Assembly (NCBI GenBank): GCA_039933295.1
Contig: JBDTOJ010000202.1
Location: 1 to 49,936 of the forward strand
DNA length: 49,936 nt
Direction: 5' to 3'
From: Chloroflexota bacterium
GTDB lineage: Bacteria > Chloroflexota > Limnocylindria > Limnocylindrales > CSP1-4
Of this stretch, positions 35,266 to 48,203 are shown piece by piece. Position 1 is the first letter of the stretch, and each line of letters begins with the position of its first letter. The notes beneath the pieces were generated by a model. The model was not told the DNA's origin and did no database searches. It saw nothing but the letters and a program-made list of their open reading frames with translations. The position numbers were made by a program, and so were the translations under genes.

Positions 35266-36930
35266 GTGGCCGAGGGACAGGATCCAGAGAGGGACCGCTG
35301 GCGTAGCGATGCGCGAGCTCGTTCGCTCAAGGGAGCGACCGAGCGTCGGGACGGCTTCGAGACGTCATCCGGCCTTGAGATCCGGGACCTGTATACCCCG
35401 GCTGACCTCGCCGACCTGGACGAGGATCGCGACCTCGGGCGCCCCGGTGAATTCCCGTTCACCCGCGGCGTCCAGCCAACGATGTATCGGAGCCGATTCT
35501 GGACGATGCGCCAATACGCGGGCTTCGCGACGGCCGCCGAGACCAACGCCCGGTTCCGGTACCTCCTCGAACAGGGCCAAACCGGCCTGTCCGTCGCGTT
35601 CGACCTGCCGACCCAGATGGGCTTCGATTCGGACGCACCCGAGGCAGCGGGGGAGGTCGGCCGGGTCGGCGTCCCGATCGCGAGCCTGGCCGACATGGAG
35701 GTGCTGTTCGATCAGATCCCGCTCGGACAGGTCTCGACCTCGATGACGATCAACGCCACAGCCGCGACGCTCGTCGCGCTCTACGTCGTGGCCGCCGAAC
35801 GGCAGGGCGTCGCGCGCGACCAATTGTCCGGTACGGTCCAGAACGACATCCTCAAGGAATATGTTGCACGCGGGACGTGGATCTATCCGCCAGGCCCCTC
35901 GATGCGCCTCGTGACAGACATCTTTGAGTTCGGGGCGCGCGAGCTGCCGAAGTGGAACACCATCTCGATCAGTGGCTATCACATGCGCGAGGCGGGGGCG
36001 ACGGCCGCGCAGGAGCTGGCGTTCACCCTTGCGGATGCCATCGCCTATGTGGACGCGGCGCTTGCGCGCGGCCTGGCGATCGACGACTTCGCGCCCCGGC
36101 TCAGCTTCTTCTTCGCCGCGTGGTCCGAGTTGTTCGAGGAGGTCGCCAAGTTTCGAGCCGCGCGTCGGATGTGGGCGACGATCGTCCGGGATCGGTTCAG
36201 GGCCCAGAACCCGCGCTCGATGGCCTGCCGGTTCCACGTCCAGACGGCGGGAAGCTCGCTGACTGCCCAATCCGTCGATAACAACGTGGTTCGCACCACG
36301 CTCCAGGCGCTCGCGGCCGTCCTTGGAGGCGCCCAGAGCCTGCACACGAACTCGCGTGACGAGGCACTCGCGCTACCGACCGAGGAATCCGTGCGTCTCG
36401 CCCTACGAACACAGCAGATCATCGCGCACGAGACCGGCGTGGCCGAGACGCCGGACCCCTTGGGCGGATCGTGGTTCGTGGAGTCGCTGACGAACGATCT
36501 CGAGGCGGCGGCGTATGCCTATCTCGCCGAGATCGACGCGATGGGCGGAACGCTTGCCGCACTCGACGCGGGATTCCAGCAGCGCCAGATCCAGGAATCG
36601 GCCTATCGGACGCAACGAAACGTAGATGCCGGCACGCAGGTGGTGGTCGGCGTCAATCGGTTCCGGGACGAGGCGACGACCACGCCACCGACGCAACGGA
36701 TCGATCCGGAGGGGGAGCGGCGTCAGGTCGAGGGACTTCGACGCGTCCGCGCCGAACGAGATCCCGCGGCCTGGGAGGCGGCGATGCGCCGACTCGACGA
36801 CGCGGCTCGCGGTTCGGAAAACCTCATGCCGCCGATCATCGATGCCGTCCGGGCCTACGCGACGGTCGGGGAGATCGCCGACCACCTCCGAGCCACGTGG
36901 GGCGTCCACCGCGAACTGATCACCGTTTGA
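35266..36930 (+). CDS. Methylmalonyl-CoA mutase, N-terminal (substrate-binding) subunit
   Basis: [29 protein letters not shown] and HTNSRDEAL. No B12-binding domain. Confidence 0.94.
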   Translation: MAEGQDPERDRWRSDARARSLKGATERRDGFETSSGLEIRDLYTPADLADLDEDRDLGRPGEFPFTRGVQPTMYRSRFWTMRQYAGFATAAETNARFRYLLEQGQTGLSVAFDLPTQMGFDSDAPEAAGEVGRVGVPIASLADMEVLFDQIPLGQVSTSMTINATAATLVALYVVAAERQGVARDQLSGTVQNDILKEYVARGTWIYPPGPSMRLVTDIFEFGARELPKWNTISISGYHMREAGATAAQELAFTLADAIAYVDAALARGLAIDDFAPRLSFFFAAWSELFEEVAKFRAARRMWATIVRDRFRAQNPRSMACRFHVQTAGSSLTAQSVDNNVVRTTLQALAAVLGGAQSLHTNSRDEALALPTEESVRLALRTQQIIAHETGVAETPDPLGGSWFVESLTNDLEAAAYAYLAEIDAMGGTLAALDAGFQQRQIQESAYRTQRNVDAGTQVVVGVNRFRDEATTTPPTQRIDPEGERRQVEGLRRVRAERDPAAWEAAMRRLDDAARGSENLMPPIIDAVRAYATVGEIADHLRATWGVHRELITV

Positions 36931-36946
36931 GGGTGGGAGCGAGATC

Positions 36947-37399
36947 ATGAAGCAACCGGGCCGGATCCACCACATCGCGGTGATCGTGCCATCCATCGAG
37001 GACGCCCTCGAGCTCTATCGAGACCGGCTCGCGATGCCGCTCGAGACGATCATGGATATCCCCACAGATCGCGTGCGGATCGCCTTTCTCGGCGTCGGGG
37101 AATCGAAGGTCGAACTCGTCGAGCCGACCGATGACACGACCGGGGTGGCCCGGTTCCTGGCGAGTAGGGGCCCGGGGTTCCATCACGTCTGCTACGAGGT
37201 CGGCGACCTTACCGAGGAGCTGACCCGGTTGGCGATCGACGGTGTCGAGCTGATCGACAGCGCGCCGCGCCGTGGCGCGGAGGGTCCCGTTGCGTTCCTG
37301 CATCCACGCTCTTGCGGCGGGGTCCTGGTGGAGTTGATCGAGGCGCCCGGCGGCCCGGCCTGGGCCTCGCTCGGAATGACGGCCCCGAAGGCTCACTGA
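36947..37399 (+). CDS. mce: Methylmalonyl-CoA epimerase
   Basis: IHHIAV, KVELVEP, GPGFHHVCY, and FLHPRS.GGVLVEL. Confidence 0.93.
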   Translation: MKQPGRIHHIAVIVPSIEDALELYRDRLAMPLETIMDIPTDRVRIAFLGVGESKVELVEPTDDTTGVARFLASRGPGFHHVCYEVGDLTEELTRLAIDGVELIDSAPRRGAEGPVAFLHPRSCGGVLVELIEAPGGPAWASLGMTAPKAH

Positions 37400-37418
37400 A
37401 CCCTTCCGGGCGAACCGC

Positions 37419-37889
37419 CTAGAGCGACCAGGCGAGTAGGACGCTCGACGACTGGTCCGCACGTCGAGCAAACGCGACGAGTTCGCCGGCCAGTTGACGA
37501 ATCCAGGGCTTCTCCTCGCGCGGCAGGTCGCCGAGTTCCTGCTCGACGAGCTCGATCCAGCGTCCGGTCACCGCATCGACGAGGCTGTCATTGACGCGCG
37601 CAACGCCGGTGATCCAGACGGGATCGATCCGTTCGACGGTCCGCTCGCCGATATCGCCCGGGCCGTCCATGTCCCGTCGCGCGTCGATGAAGTCCGTAGG
37701 CTGATCGTTCCCGGTGACGTCGCGGATCGCCTCGCTGAACAGGTCGAGCCATGTAGGGTCCATCGCGCCACCCAGTGCCACGTGGGCATCGAAGCGGGTG
37801 GGATCGTCGAGCCCAGCCCAATCGTCGACGGCCATCGCAAGGAGAATCTCGCGGCTCTCGCCGGCGACAAGGTCCATGAGGAAGCCCAT
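37419..37889 (-). CDS. Acidic hypothetical protein (156 aa)
   Basis: Fills the gap directly downstream of sucD on the same strand; protein-like composition. Confidence 0.7.
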   Translation of the reverse strand: MGFLMDLVAGESREILLAMAVDDWAGLDDPTRFDAHVALGGAMDPTWLDLFSEAIRDVTGNDQPTDFIDARRDMDGPGDIGERTVERIDPVWITGVARVNDSLVDAVTGRWIELVEQELGDLPREEKPWIRQLAGELVAFARRADQSSSVLLAWSL

Positions 37890-37906
37890 CAGGAACGCAC
37901 CGCAGA

Positions 37907-38787
37907 CTAGCCCCGGTAGCCGGCTTCGCGAAGTAATGCCGGCAGTTCAGTCGGTGATCCGGCGACGAGGAACCCGGCGGCCTCGAGGGCGGTGACCTTG
38001 GACGCGGCGGTTCCCGATCCGCCGGAGATGATCGCGCCGGCATGGCCCATGCGCTTGCCTTCTGGGGCGGTGCGCCCGGCGATGAATGCCGCCTTGGGAA
38101 TGTCGCGCAGATGCTCGGCAGCCCACGCGGCCGCTTCTTCCTCGGCCGCGCCACCGATTTCTCCGATCAGGACGAGCGCGCGCGTGTCCGGATCGGCGGC
38201 GAACAGCTTGAGGACATCGAGGAACGTCGTTCCGATGACGGGATCGCCACCGATGCCGACGCACGTGGACTGGCCGATCCCGGCGTCGGTCATCGCCTGA
38301 ACTGCCTCGTAGGTGAGGGTCCCGGATCGGGATACAACCCCAACATCGCCCTCCCGATGCACGGAGGCCGGAATGATCCCGACCTTGGCCTGACCCGGAG
38401 AGGTGGCGCCGGGGCAGTTCGGCCCGATGAGTCGGGCGCCGGCCAGGCGGACGGCTTCGACCACCGGAACCATGTCGAGCGCTGGAATGCCCTCGGTGAT
38501 GCAGAAGATCGTCGAAATTCCGGCGGCGACGGCCTCGAGAACAGCATCCGGGGCGCCTCCCGCCGGTACGAAGATGCACGAGGTGTCGGCACCCGTCTCG
38601 CGGACGGCCTCGGACATCGTGTTGAACACTGGAACCGATCCGTCGAGCGCCCTCTGGCCGCCCTTGCCGGGCGTCATCCCGGCGACGATTGAGGTTCCGT
38701 AGGCCTGCATGGCGCGGGCGTGGAACTCGCCCTCACGTCCGGTGATTCCCTGGACGACGAGCCGCGTGTCACGTCCGATGAGGATGC

Positions 38788-38791
<4 letters not shown>
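37907..38791 (-). CDS. sucD: Succinyl-CoA synthetase alpha subunit
   Basis: [22 protein letters not shown], and MGHAGA phospho-His motif. Confidence 0.97.
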
Positions 38792-39960
<1,169 letters not shown>

Positions 39961-40068
39961 CCGCGCATCGTAGCCGAGGAACGGGCGGGAGGCGCCGCCG
40001 GCCACGCGAACAAGACATCAGTCGAACCCAGCGGCAGTGGCCTGACGCCGAGGCGACCCTGACGCGTA

Positions 40069-40959
40069 TCAGGCACGGGCGAGGTGCAGCCTCCGCGCAT
40101 CGGCGATCCGGTCCAGGGCGGTCGTCGACTTCGAGATGGACCAGACAAGCGCATCATCGATGCCGAGCGCCGCGAGCTCATCGAAGAAGTCCGCAAGACC
40201 CTGGGCATCGGCATCGAGGCCCAGAGCGTCGTCCGCCCCGTCGCCGGGATCATGCAGGCGGACCCCGACCGTCCGGCGCATCGAGGCTGGATCTCGACCC
40301 ACCGCCTCGCAGGCGTGCCGGAGGGCGTCGAGTCGCGTGGTCAGGCGGTCCTCGACCCGGCCGAACCAGGCCGTGTTCCAGGCATCGGCCCAGCGCGCGG
40401 TCAGCCGCAGCATGCGCTCGCCCTTGGCCGCAACGAGGATCGGCATCCGGCGCTCAGGAGCCGGGACAAGTTCCGCGTCCGTGACCTGCCGCCAGGTGCC
40501 CTCCATGGTCACTCGCTCGCCCTTCAGGAGCCGCGCCGTGATCTCGAGGTCTTCGGAAAATCGCCCGACCTTGTGGTCATCCGGATACCCGAACGCGGCG
40601 TACTCCGGGTCGTGCCAACCGGACCCGAGACCGAGGATGACCCGCCCTCCGGACAGGTCATCGAGCGTGGCGGCCATCTTGGCCATCAGCGCCGGGTTGC
40701 GAAACGACGAACACATCACGAGCGAACCCAGCTCGACGCGGGGAACGACGGCTGCGATTGCGCTCAGCGTGGTCCAGGCTTCGCGGACACCTTCCTGTGG
40801 GACATCCGGGAACCGGAAGAGCAGATGGTCGAACACCCAGACCGAATCGAGACTGCCGGCCTCGGCCCGAGCGGCAAACGCGAGCGTTTCGGAGAAGGAT
40901 GGGGTGTGGCCGTCAGCGGTATCGCCTTCGGCGAGCGGGAGGGTGACACCAATTCGCAT
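40069..40959 (-). CDS. LLM-class flavin-dependent oxidoreductase
   Basis: SVWVFDHL, FRNPALMAKMAATLDDLSGGR..LGLGSGW. Confidence 0.92.
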   Translation of the reverse strand: MRIGVTLPLAEGDTADGHTPSFSETLAFAARAEAGSLDSVWVFDHLLFRFPDVPQEGVREAWTTLSAIAAVVPRVELGSLVMCSSFRNPALMAKMAATLDDLSGGRVILGLGSGWHDPEYAAFGYPDDHKVGRFSEDLEITARLLKGERVTMEGTWRQVTDAELVPAPERRMPILVAAKGERMLRLTARWADAWNTAWFGRVEDRLTTRLDALRHACEAVGRDPASMRRTVGVRLHDPGDGADDALGLDADAQGLADFFDELAALGIDDALVWSISKSTTALDRIADARRLHLARA

Positions 40960-41022
40960 CGACGGAGTCTAGCCGGGCGCCGCCGAACGGCGGCCGCCCG
41001 ATCGCGGGGCTAGAATGGAGGC

Positions 41023-42057
41023 ATGGCCCACACCGTGACCCTGATCCCCGGCGACGGCATCGGACCGGAGCTGGCGGAGGCGACTCGACGCGTCCTCGAT
41101 GCATCCGGTGTTGCCTTCGAATGGGAGGTCGTCGAGGCCGGCGAGGCCTGCATCGCGGAGTACGGAACGCCGCTTCCGGAGCACGTCCTGGAATCGATTC
41201 GCCGAAATCGCATCGCCCTGAAGGGGCCCATCACCACCCCCGTCGGTGGTGGCTTCCGGAGCGTCAACGTGACCCTCCGTCAGGCCCTTGGCCTTTACGC
41301 GAACCTGCGGCCAGCTCGCTCGATCAAGGGCCTCGACACGCGCTACGAGGACGTCGACCTTGTGATCGTTCGTGAGAACACCGAGGACCTCTACGCCGGG
41401 ATCGAACACATGGTCGGTCCGGACGCCGCGGAGAGCATCAAGATCATCACCCGGTACGCATCTGAGCGCATTGCCCGGTACGCCTTCGAGTACGCGGTCG
41501 CGAACGACCGCCACAAGGTCACGGCGGTGCACAAGGCCAACATCATGAAGCTGTCCGATGGCCTGTTCCTCGAATCCTGTCGGAGCGTGGCAGTCGACTA
41601 CGAAGGTCGGATCGAGTTCGAGGATCGGATCGTCGACAACATGTGCATGCAGCTCGTGCAGAAGCCGGACCAGTTCGACGTCCTCGTGCTCCCGAACCTG
41701 TACGGGGACATCGTCTCGGACCTGTGCGCGGGGCTTGTCGGGGGACTCGGCGTTGCTCCGGGCGCCAATATCGGCGAGGACGGGGCGGTCTTCGAACCGG
41801 TCCACGGGTCCGCTCCGAAGTACGCCGGCCAGAATCGTGCCAACCCGACGGCGATGATCCTGTCCGGTGTCCTGATGCTTCGCCACCTCGGTTATCCCGA
41901 TGTCGCCGACCGCGTGGAGATCGCGGTGCGCGACGTGATCGCCGAGGGCACCACCGTCACCCACGACCTGGGCGGCACCGCCGGAACGAGCGAGTTTGCC
42001 GACGCGATCGTCGCGCGGCTGGCATCGACATCGGCCGGCGCGGCACCCGCACCATGA
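41023..42057 (+). CDS. icd: Isocitrate/isopropylmalate dehydrogenase family; likely isocitrate dehydrogenase by context
   Basis: [32 protein letters not shown] and EPVHGSAP. Flanked by TCA-cycle genes. Confidence 0.85.
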   Translation: MAHTVTLIPGDGIGPELAEATRRVLDASGVAFEWEVVEAGEACIAEYGTPLPEHVLESIRRNRIALKGPITTPVGGGFRSVNVTLRQALGLYANLRPARSIKGLDTRYEDVDLVIVRENTEDLYAGIEHMVGPDAAESIKIITRYASERIARYAFEYAVANDRHKVTAVHKANIMKLSDGLFLESCRSVAVDYEGRIEFEDRIVDNMCMQLVQKPDQFDVLVLPNLYGDIVSDLCAGLVGGLGVAPGANIGEDGAVFEPVHGSAPKYAGQNRANPTAMILSGVLMLRHLGYPDVADRVEIAVRDVIAEGTTVTHDLGGTAGTSEFADAIVARLASTSAGAAPAP

Positions 42058-42079
42058 GCGGGGGAGGGGATCCGTCCTG

Positions 42080-42451
42080 ATGTTGTTCCGCTACCGCGGC
42101 CGCGAAGGCATGCTCGCCTGGGCGTTCCATCGCATCGCCGGCGTCGCGATCTGGGCCTTCGTCGTCCTGCACGTCATCGACATTTATCTCGTCGGCGGCA
42201 ACCCTGGCGCGTACAACGAGTTGCTCCAGATCTACGCGAGCCCGGCAGGGCGCGTGATGGAGGCAGCGCTCGGAGCCGCGCTCCTGTACCACGCGCTCAA
42301 TGGCCTTCGAATTATCCTGATGGACTTCTGGCCGGCACTGACCCGCTGGCATCGGCAGCTCTGGTACATCTCCTGGGGGATCTTCGTGGTCGTCGGCGTG
42401 CCGGTCGCATGGATCATCCTGAAGCCGATCTGGGAGGGCGTGCACCGATGA
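42080..42451 (+). CDS. sdhC: Succinate dehydrogenase cytochrome b subunit
   Basis: HRIAG and HALNGLRI motifs, three TM helices. Confidence 0.9.
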   Translation: MLFRYRGREGMLAWAFHRIAGVAIWAFVVLHVIDIYLVGGNPGAYNELLQIYASPAGRVMEAALGAALLYHALNGLRIILMDFWPALTRWHRQLWYISWGIFVVVGVPVAWIILKPIWEGVHR

Positions 42452-42902
42452 GCGCCTCTCTGGACCCTGTCGCCGCGGCCTCCGTGGCCGACGATCCCAC
42501 GCCCACCCGCAGCCGTCGATATTCGCGCGTCGGGCGTCCGCGACCCGCGGGACGGGGCATGGAGCTCGCGATCTGGTTCCTCATGCGGGTCACGGGTCTG
42601 GGCCTCTTTGTCCTGGCCCTCACGCATTTCCTGATCCTCCACGTCCTGTACGACCCGGCCGAGCAGGACGCCACGTGGATCGCGCAGGTTCGCTGGAGCA
42701 GCCTGTTCTGGCGCGTCTTCGACTGGTCGCTCCTGATGCTGGTGTTGTTCCACGGGTTCATGGGCGTCCGGACCGTCATCGTCGACTACGCCGCCGGGCG
42801 GACCCGCCGGATCCTCGTGCTCGGCCTGTACCTGCTCGCGTTCGTCCTGTTCATCCTCGGCACCAACGTCGTCACCACGCTGCCCGTCGTCCCGAAGGGC
42901 TG

Positions 42903-42903
<1 letters not shown>
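42448..42903 (+). CDS. sdhD: Succinate dehydrogenase hydrophobic anchor
   Basis: RVTG...H and [13 protein letters not shown] motifs. Confidence 0.9.
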
Positions 42904-44651
<1,748 letters not shown>

Positions 44652-44663
44652 GATTCCGATGCG

Positions 44664-45365
44664 ATGAAGATCGATCTCCGGATCTTGCGCTACGACCCCG
44701 AGCGGGACGCCAAACCGCACTGGCAGAGCTATGTGGTCGAAGCCGACCCGGAGTCGGATCGGGTCCTCGATCTGCTCCATCGCGTGAAGTACGAACACGA
44801 CGGAAGCCTGACCTTTCGCCGCTCATGTGCCCACGGGATCTGCGGCTCCGATGCGGTCCTGATCAACGGTCGCAACCGGCTCGCGTGCAAGGAGCGGATC
44901 GAGAAGCTTGGGCGCCGGATCTCGGTCGCGCCACTGCCGGGCCTGCCGGTGGTCAAGGACCTGGTCGTTGATATGGACGGGTTCTTCGAAAGCTACAAGT
45001 CGGTCATGCCATTCCTGGTCAACGACCAGCCTGTCCCCGAGCGGGAGCGGACGCAGTCCGTGGAGGAGCGAGCCCGCTACGACGACACGACGAAATGCAT
45101 CCTGTGCGCGGCGTGCACGTCGTCATGCCCGTCCTTCTGGTCGAAGGAGGCGTACGTCGGGCCGGCTGCGATCGTCAACGCCCATCGGTTCATCTTCGAT
45201 TCGCGTGACGACGCGGGCGATGATCGCCTCGAGATCCTGGCCGGGGACGACGGGGTCTGGCGCTGCCGAACGATCTTCAATTGCACCGACGCCTGTCCGC
45301 GCGGCATCCACATCACCCAGGCGATCCTCGAGGTCAGCACCGCGATCGTCGAGCGACGGCCATAG
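44664..45365 (+). CDS. sdhB: Succinate dehydrogenase iron-sulfur subunit
   Basis: SCAHGICGSD, CILCAACTSSCP and CRTIFNCTDACP. Confidence 0.97.
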   Translation: MKIDLRILRYDPERDAKPHWQSYVVEADPESDRVLDLLHRVKYEHDGSLTFRRSCAHGICGSDAVLINGRNRLACKERIEKLGRRISVAPLPGLPVVKDLVVDMDGFFESYKSVMPFLVNDQPVPERERTQSVEERARYDDTTKCILCAACTSSCPSFWSKEAYVGPAAIVNAHRFIFDSRDDAGDDRLEILAGDDGVWRCRTIFNCTDACPRGIHITQAILEVSTAIVERRP

Positions 45366-45928
45366 GGACGCGCCAGTCGGACGATGAGCCGACGCTCGGG
45401 CTGGATCTCGGGCCCGCACCCGGATCCCTGGCCGGTGATGAGCGACCGTCCCAGGCCGGGGCGCTCGGGTTCCTGATCAGGACAGACGGCGCCGCCCGCG
45501 GCAATCCCGGGCCAGCGTCCGCGGGCGCGGTGCTGATCCGTCTCGATCGGCCGGACGCGCGCCACCACCTGGCGCCCCCCGACGCGACCGTGTCCGAGTA
45601 CCTGGGCGTTCGGACCAACAACGTGGCCGAGTACATTGGGGTCGACCGTGCCGTCACGCTGGCACGGGAGCTCGGAGCCGAGCGCGTCGAGATGCTGCTG
45701 GACTCGAAGCTGATCGTCGAGCAGTTGTATGGCCGGTGGCGGGTCAAGGACCCGAAACTGCAGGTGCTGTGGGCCGCCGTCATGAAAACGCTCCGAACGT
45801 TTCCACGCGGCTGGACGGCGGCGCACGTCCCGAGGGCGCAGAACAGCCAGGCCGACGCGCTCGCCAATGCGGCCATTGATCGCGTCGCGGCCGGGGGACC
45901 GGACGTCGTGGTCGTCCGGCCCGCCTGA
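45362..45928 (+). CDS. Ribonuclease HI family protein (start codon uncertain)
   Basis: TDGAARGNPGPA, TNNVAEY, DSKLIVEQ, and HVPRAQN..AD.LAN. No in-frame ATG/GTG/TTG after the sdhB stop and before the domain. Confidence 0.82.
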   Translation: MGTRQSDDEPTLGLDLGPAPGSLAGDERPSQAGALGFLIRTDGAARGNPGPASAGAVLIRLDRPDARHHLAPPDATVSEYLGVRTNNVAEYIGVDRAVTLARELGAERVEMLLDSKLIVEQLYGRWRVKDPKLQVLWAAVMKTLRTFPRGWTAAHVPRAQNSQADALANAAIDRVAAGGPDVVVVRPA

Positions 45929-45959
45929 GAATCCGGCCCGCCGAGGTAGAATCTCGAAG

Positions 45960-46312
45960 CCAGCGAGGCGAACGGATGGTCGCGCGTCGCCGGGGAAACC
46001 CGGAGGGCGTGAGGAAAGTCCGAGCTCCACAACGCAGGGTAGCGGGTAACGCCCGCCCGCCGTGAGGCGAGGACCAGCGCCACAGTGACGATGCCGGCGG
46101 TTTCGACCGACGGAGTGAAACGCGGCAAGCTCTACCCGGAGCAAGGCCAAATAGGAGGGCGTAACCCGGCTTGCCGGGGGAGAGGCGCGTTGCCCAGCTC
46201 TCGGGTCGGCTGCACGAGCCGACGGGTAACCGTCGGCCTCAGATGGATGGCCATCTCCGTGATCGCTTCGGTGGTCGCGGAACAGAACTCGGCTTACAGG
46301 TCGCCTCGCTGG
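45960..46312 (+). ncRNA. rnpB: RNase P RNA (type A)
   Basis: GAGGAAAGTCC, GTGAAACG, GAGCAAG and ACAGAACTCGGCTTAC conserved regions. P1 pairing CCAGCGAGGCGA/TCGCCTCGCTGG. TAGAAT -10 at 45947. Confidence 0.97.
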
Positions 46313-46338
46313 CGCCTGCCCGTCCGTCCTCGGGCGGA

Positions 46339-46581
46339 TCAGTCCTCGTCGGGTCGGAAGATGTGCGCGGCCGTGCAGTCGTTACAGACGCTCATGGCCG
46401 TATCGAGATCACCGATGGGGATCGGGACCTTACGGTCCGGGAGGAGGCACTCGACATCGTAGATGCGCTCGAGACGCGCATCGACCTGGATCAGCCGCCG
46501 GAACGTGCAGCGTTTGATCCGATGCGGCGCGAGCCGATAGGGATCGGGGTCCGGTGCGATGGGCGTGATCTCCAGTGCCAC
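46339..46581 (-). CDS. Small four-Cys hypothetical protein (80 aa)
   Basis: GTG start; MALEITPIAPDPDPY...CTF...VEC...CNDC...EDEend-like acidic tail (RPDED). Fits the gap between rnpB and the LysM gene. Confidence 0.6.
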   Translation of the reverse strand: MALEITPIAPDPDPYRLAPHRIKRCTFRRLIQVDARLERIYDVECLLPDRKVPIPIGDLDTAMSVCNDCTAAHIFRPDED

Positions 46582-46725
46582 GATCCAGTTTGCCTCGACT
46601 CGGTATGTTCGAATGGTCGTCGCGAAGACACCTGACCGAAGCCTAGCATCACGTTTTCCGGGACGGCTACGCCGAAAAGGTACTAGAGTCAGCGTCCGGT
46701 TGGACTGGCAGCAAGTGGGAGGATC

Positions 46726-47265
46726 GTGGACGCACACGAAGAGCGGCAGCTGCTCTCGGCCGATCGACGACCGAGTTCGCGCCTCTTGACGCCCGCAATC
46801 GCGCTCTCGCTTGTTCTTCTGGTCGCGTCCGCTGCGGCGGCGATCACCTTTGTCACGGCTACGGGCGGGCTGCGCCTGGCAAGTTCCCTGCCACCCGTTG
46901 CCGTCGCCACCGGTTCGCCGAGTCCAACGCCCGCTGAACCAACGCCGACACCCGGTCCGACCAGCGAGTCGACGGCCTCGCCCACGCCTCCTCCCTCGCC
47001 CTCTCCCACGCCAGCGCCCACGCCGACCACGCCGACCCTGGCGCCGACACCGACGCCCGCGCCCACGAGTGATCGGTACAAGCTCCTGACTCCGTGCCCG
47101 GACAAGCCCGACTGCTATCTCTACACCATTCGTACTGGTGACAACCTGCAGAGCATCGCCAACTACTTTGGCATTCCCTATGCCACGGTCCGGCAGCTCA
47201 ACCCCAACTTGAGGATCCCGATCCACGTGGGCGACGTGGTCATCCTGCCGCCGCCGACCCGCTGA
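46726..47265 (+). CDS. Membrane-anchored LysM domain protein with Pro/Thr linker
   Basis: TM helix, PTPTP repeats, and YTIRTGDNLQSIANYFG...QLNP...IHVGDVVILP. GGAGG ribosome-binding site. Confidence 0.88.
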   Translation: MDAHEERQLLSADRRPSSRLLTPAIALSLVLLVASAAAAITFVTATGGLRLASSLPPVAVATGSPSPTPAEPTPTPGPTSESTASPTPPPSPSPTPAPTPTTPTLAPTPTPAPTSDRYKLLTPCPDKPDCYLYTIRTGDNLQSIANYFGIPYATVRQLNPNLRIPIHVGDVVILPPPTR

Positions 47266-47579
47266 CCCTCAGACGTCCGGTCCGCACCGTGGGCGAGGCG
47301 TCCTTTGCAGGGATTGTTGACACGGACCTCGCCCGCGACTGATCGACGCTGTTCATCAAACCCGGGTCGTGCGCGCTCGGCCACACAGCCGAATCAACGG
47401 ATATCGAGTACCGCCACGCTCGATCCGAGCGCTCCTGATTAGCCAGATCGATCACGGCGGCGGACGCCTAGTCCGTAGCGGCCGCCGGTTCTGCCGCGGC
47501 TGATTCCCCAGAGGTATCCGTCCCCTCGGGGTACTGCGACGCCCAGTCCCAGTATTTCCACGATCCCTGCATTTAGTCG

Positions 47580-47640
47580 TTGACGGCTGGCGTGGAGTCG
47601 CTATGATGCGCGCAGTGGCGCAAAGTGGGGAGAAGTGGGG
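47580..47640 (+). promoter_or_regulatory. dcw promoter (TTGACG-N16-TATGAT) and MraZ-type direct repeats
   Basis: GTGG at 47615, 47625 and 47635, a 10-bp period typical of MraZ operators. Confidence 0.8.
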
Positions 47641-47774
47641 AACCACATCCGACCCTTCGCCATCAGCGGACGACCGGTAGGGCACACCGGGACCTCCGCG
47701 ACACAAGGACGGGCTCGCGGCTTCACTGTCGCGGGCCCGTCGAAGCCTCAGAAGCCATGGGTGGGGTCCGATCG

Positions 47775-48203
47775 GTGTTCACCGGCGAGTACCGGCACAC
47801 GCTCGACGACAAGGGACGGCTGGCCGTCCCGGCGCGCTTCCGCGCACAGCTCGATGAGGGTGCCGTCGTATCCCGGTGGATCGATGGATGTCTGGCAATC
47901 CACACGCAGGCCGGATGGGATGCGTTGTCCGACAAGATCGCCGCACTGCCTATCACCGACGCGTCGTCCCGGTTGTTCGGCCGAAGCATCTTTGCCGGTG
48001 CGACTGACGCGACCCTCGATCGCCAGGGCCGGCTGCTCCTTCCGGAGTTCCTTCGCGAGGGCATCGGACTGACCGGCGAAGCCGTTGTCGTCGGGGCCCG
48101 GGACCACGCCGAGATCTGGGCGCCGACGACCTGGGCGGACTACCGCCGCGCCATGGACGATCCCGAAACCCTCGCCCAGGCGATTCAGGGCCTCGGGATC
48201 TGA
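47775..48203 (+). CDS. mraZ: Division/cell wall cluster repressor MraZ
   Basis: FTGEYRHTLDDKGRLAVP and LDRQGRLLLP...EIW. Confidence 0.96.
   Translation: MFTGEYRHTLDDKGRLAVPARFRAQLDEGAVVSRWIDGCLAIHTQAGWDALSDKIAALPITDASSRLFGRSIFAGATDATLDRQGRLLLPEFLREGIGLTGEAVVVGARDHAEIWAPTTWADYRRAMDDPETLAQAIQGLGI

Noticed and set aside
46900-47070. Short repeats (ACGCCG/ACGCCC) resembling an array
   Set aside because: They encode the Pro/Thr linker of the LysM protein. There is no repeat-spacer structure, so this is not CRISPR.
46582-47226. 295-aa minus-strand ORF 46339-47226
   Set aside because: The upstream part is the antisense of the LysM Pro/Thr linker. Only the last 80 codons look like a real protein.
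47611-47640. 10-bp-period GTGG repeats as a novel element
   Set aside because: They match the established MraZ operator pattern, so they are listed as a feature only.
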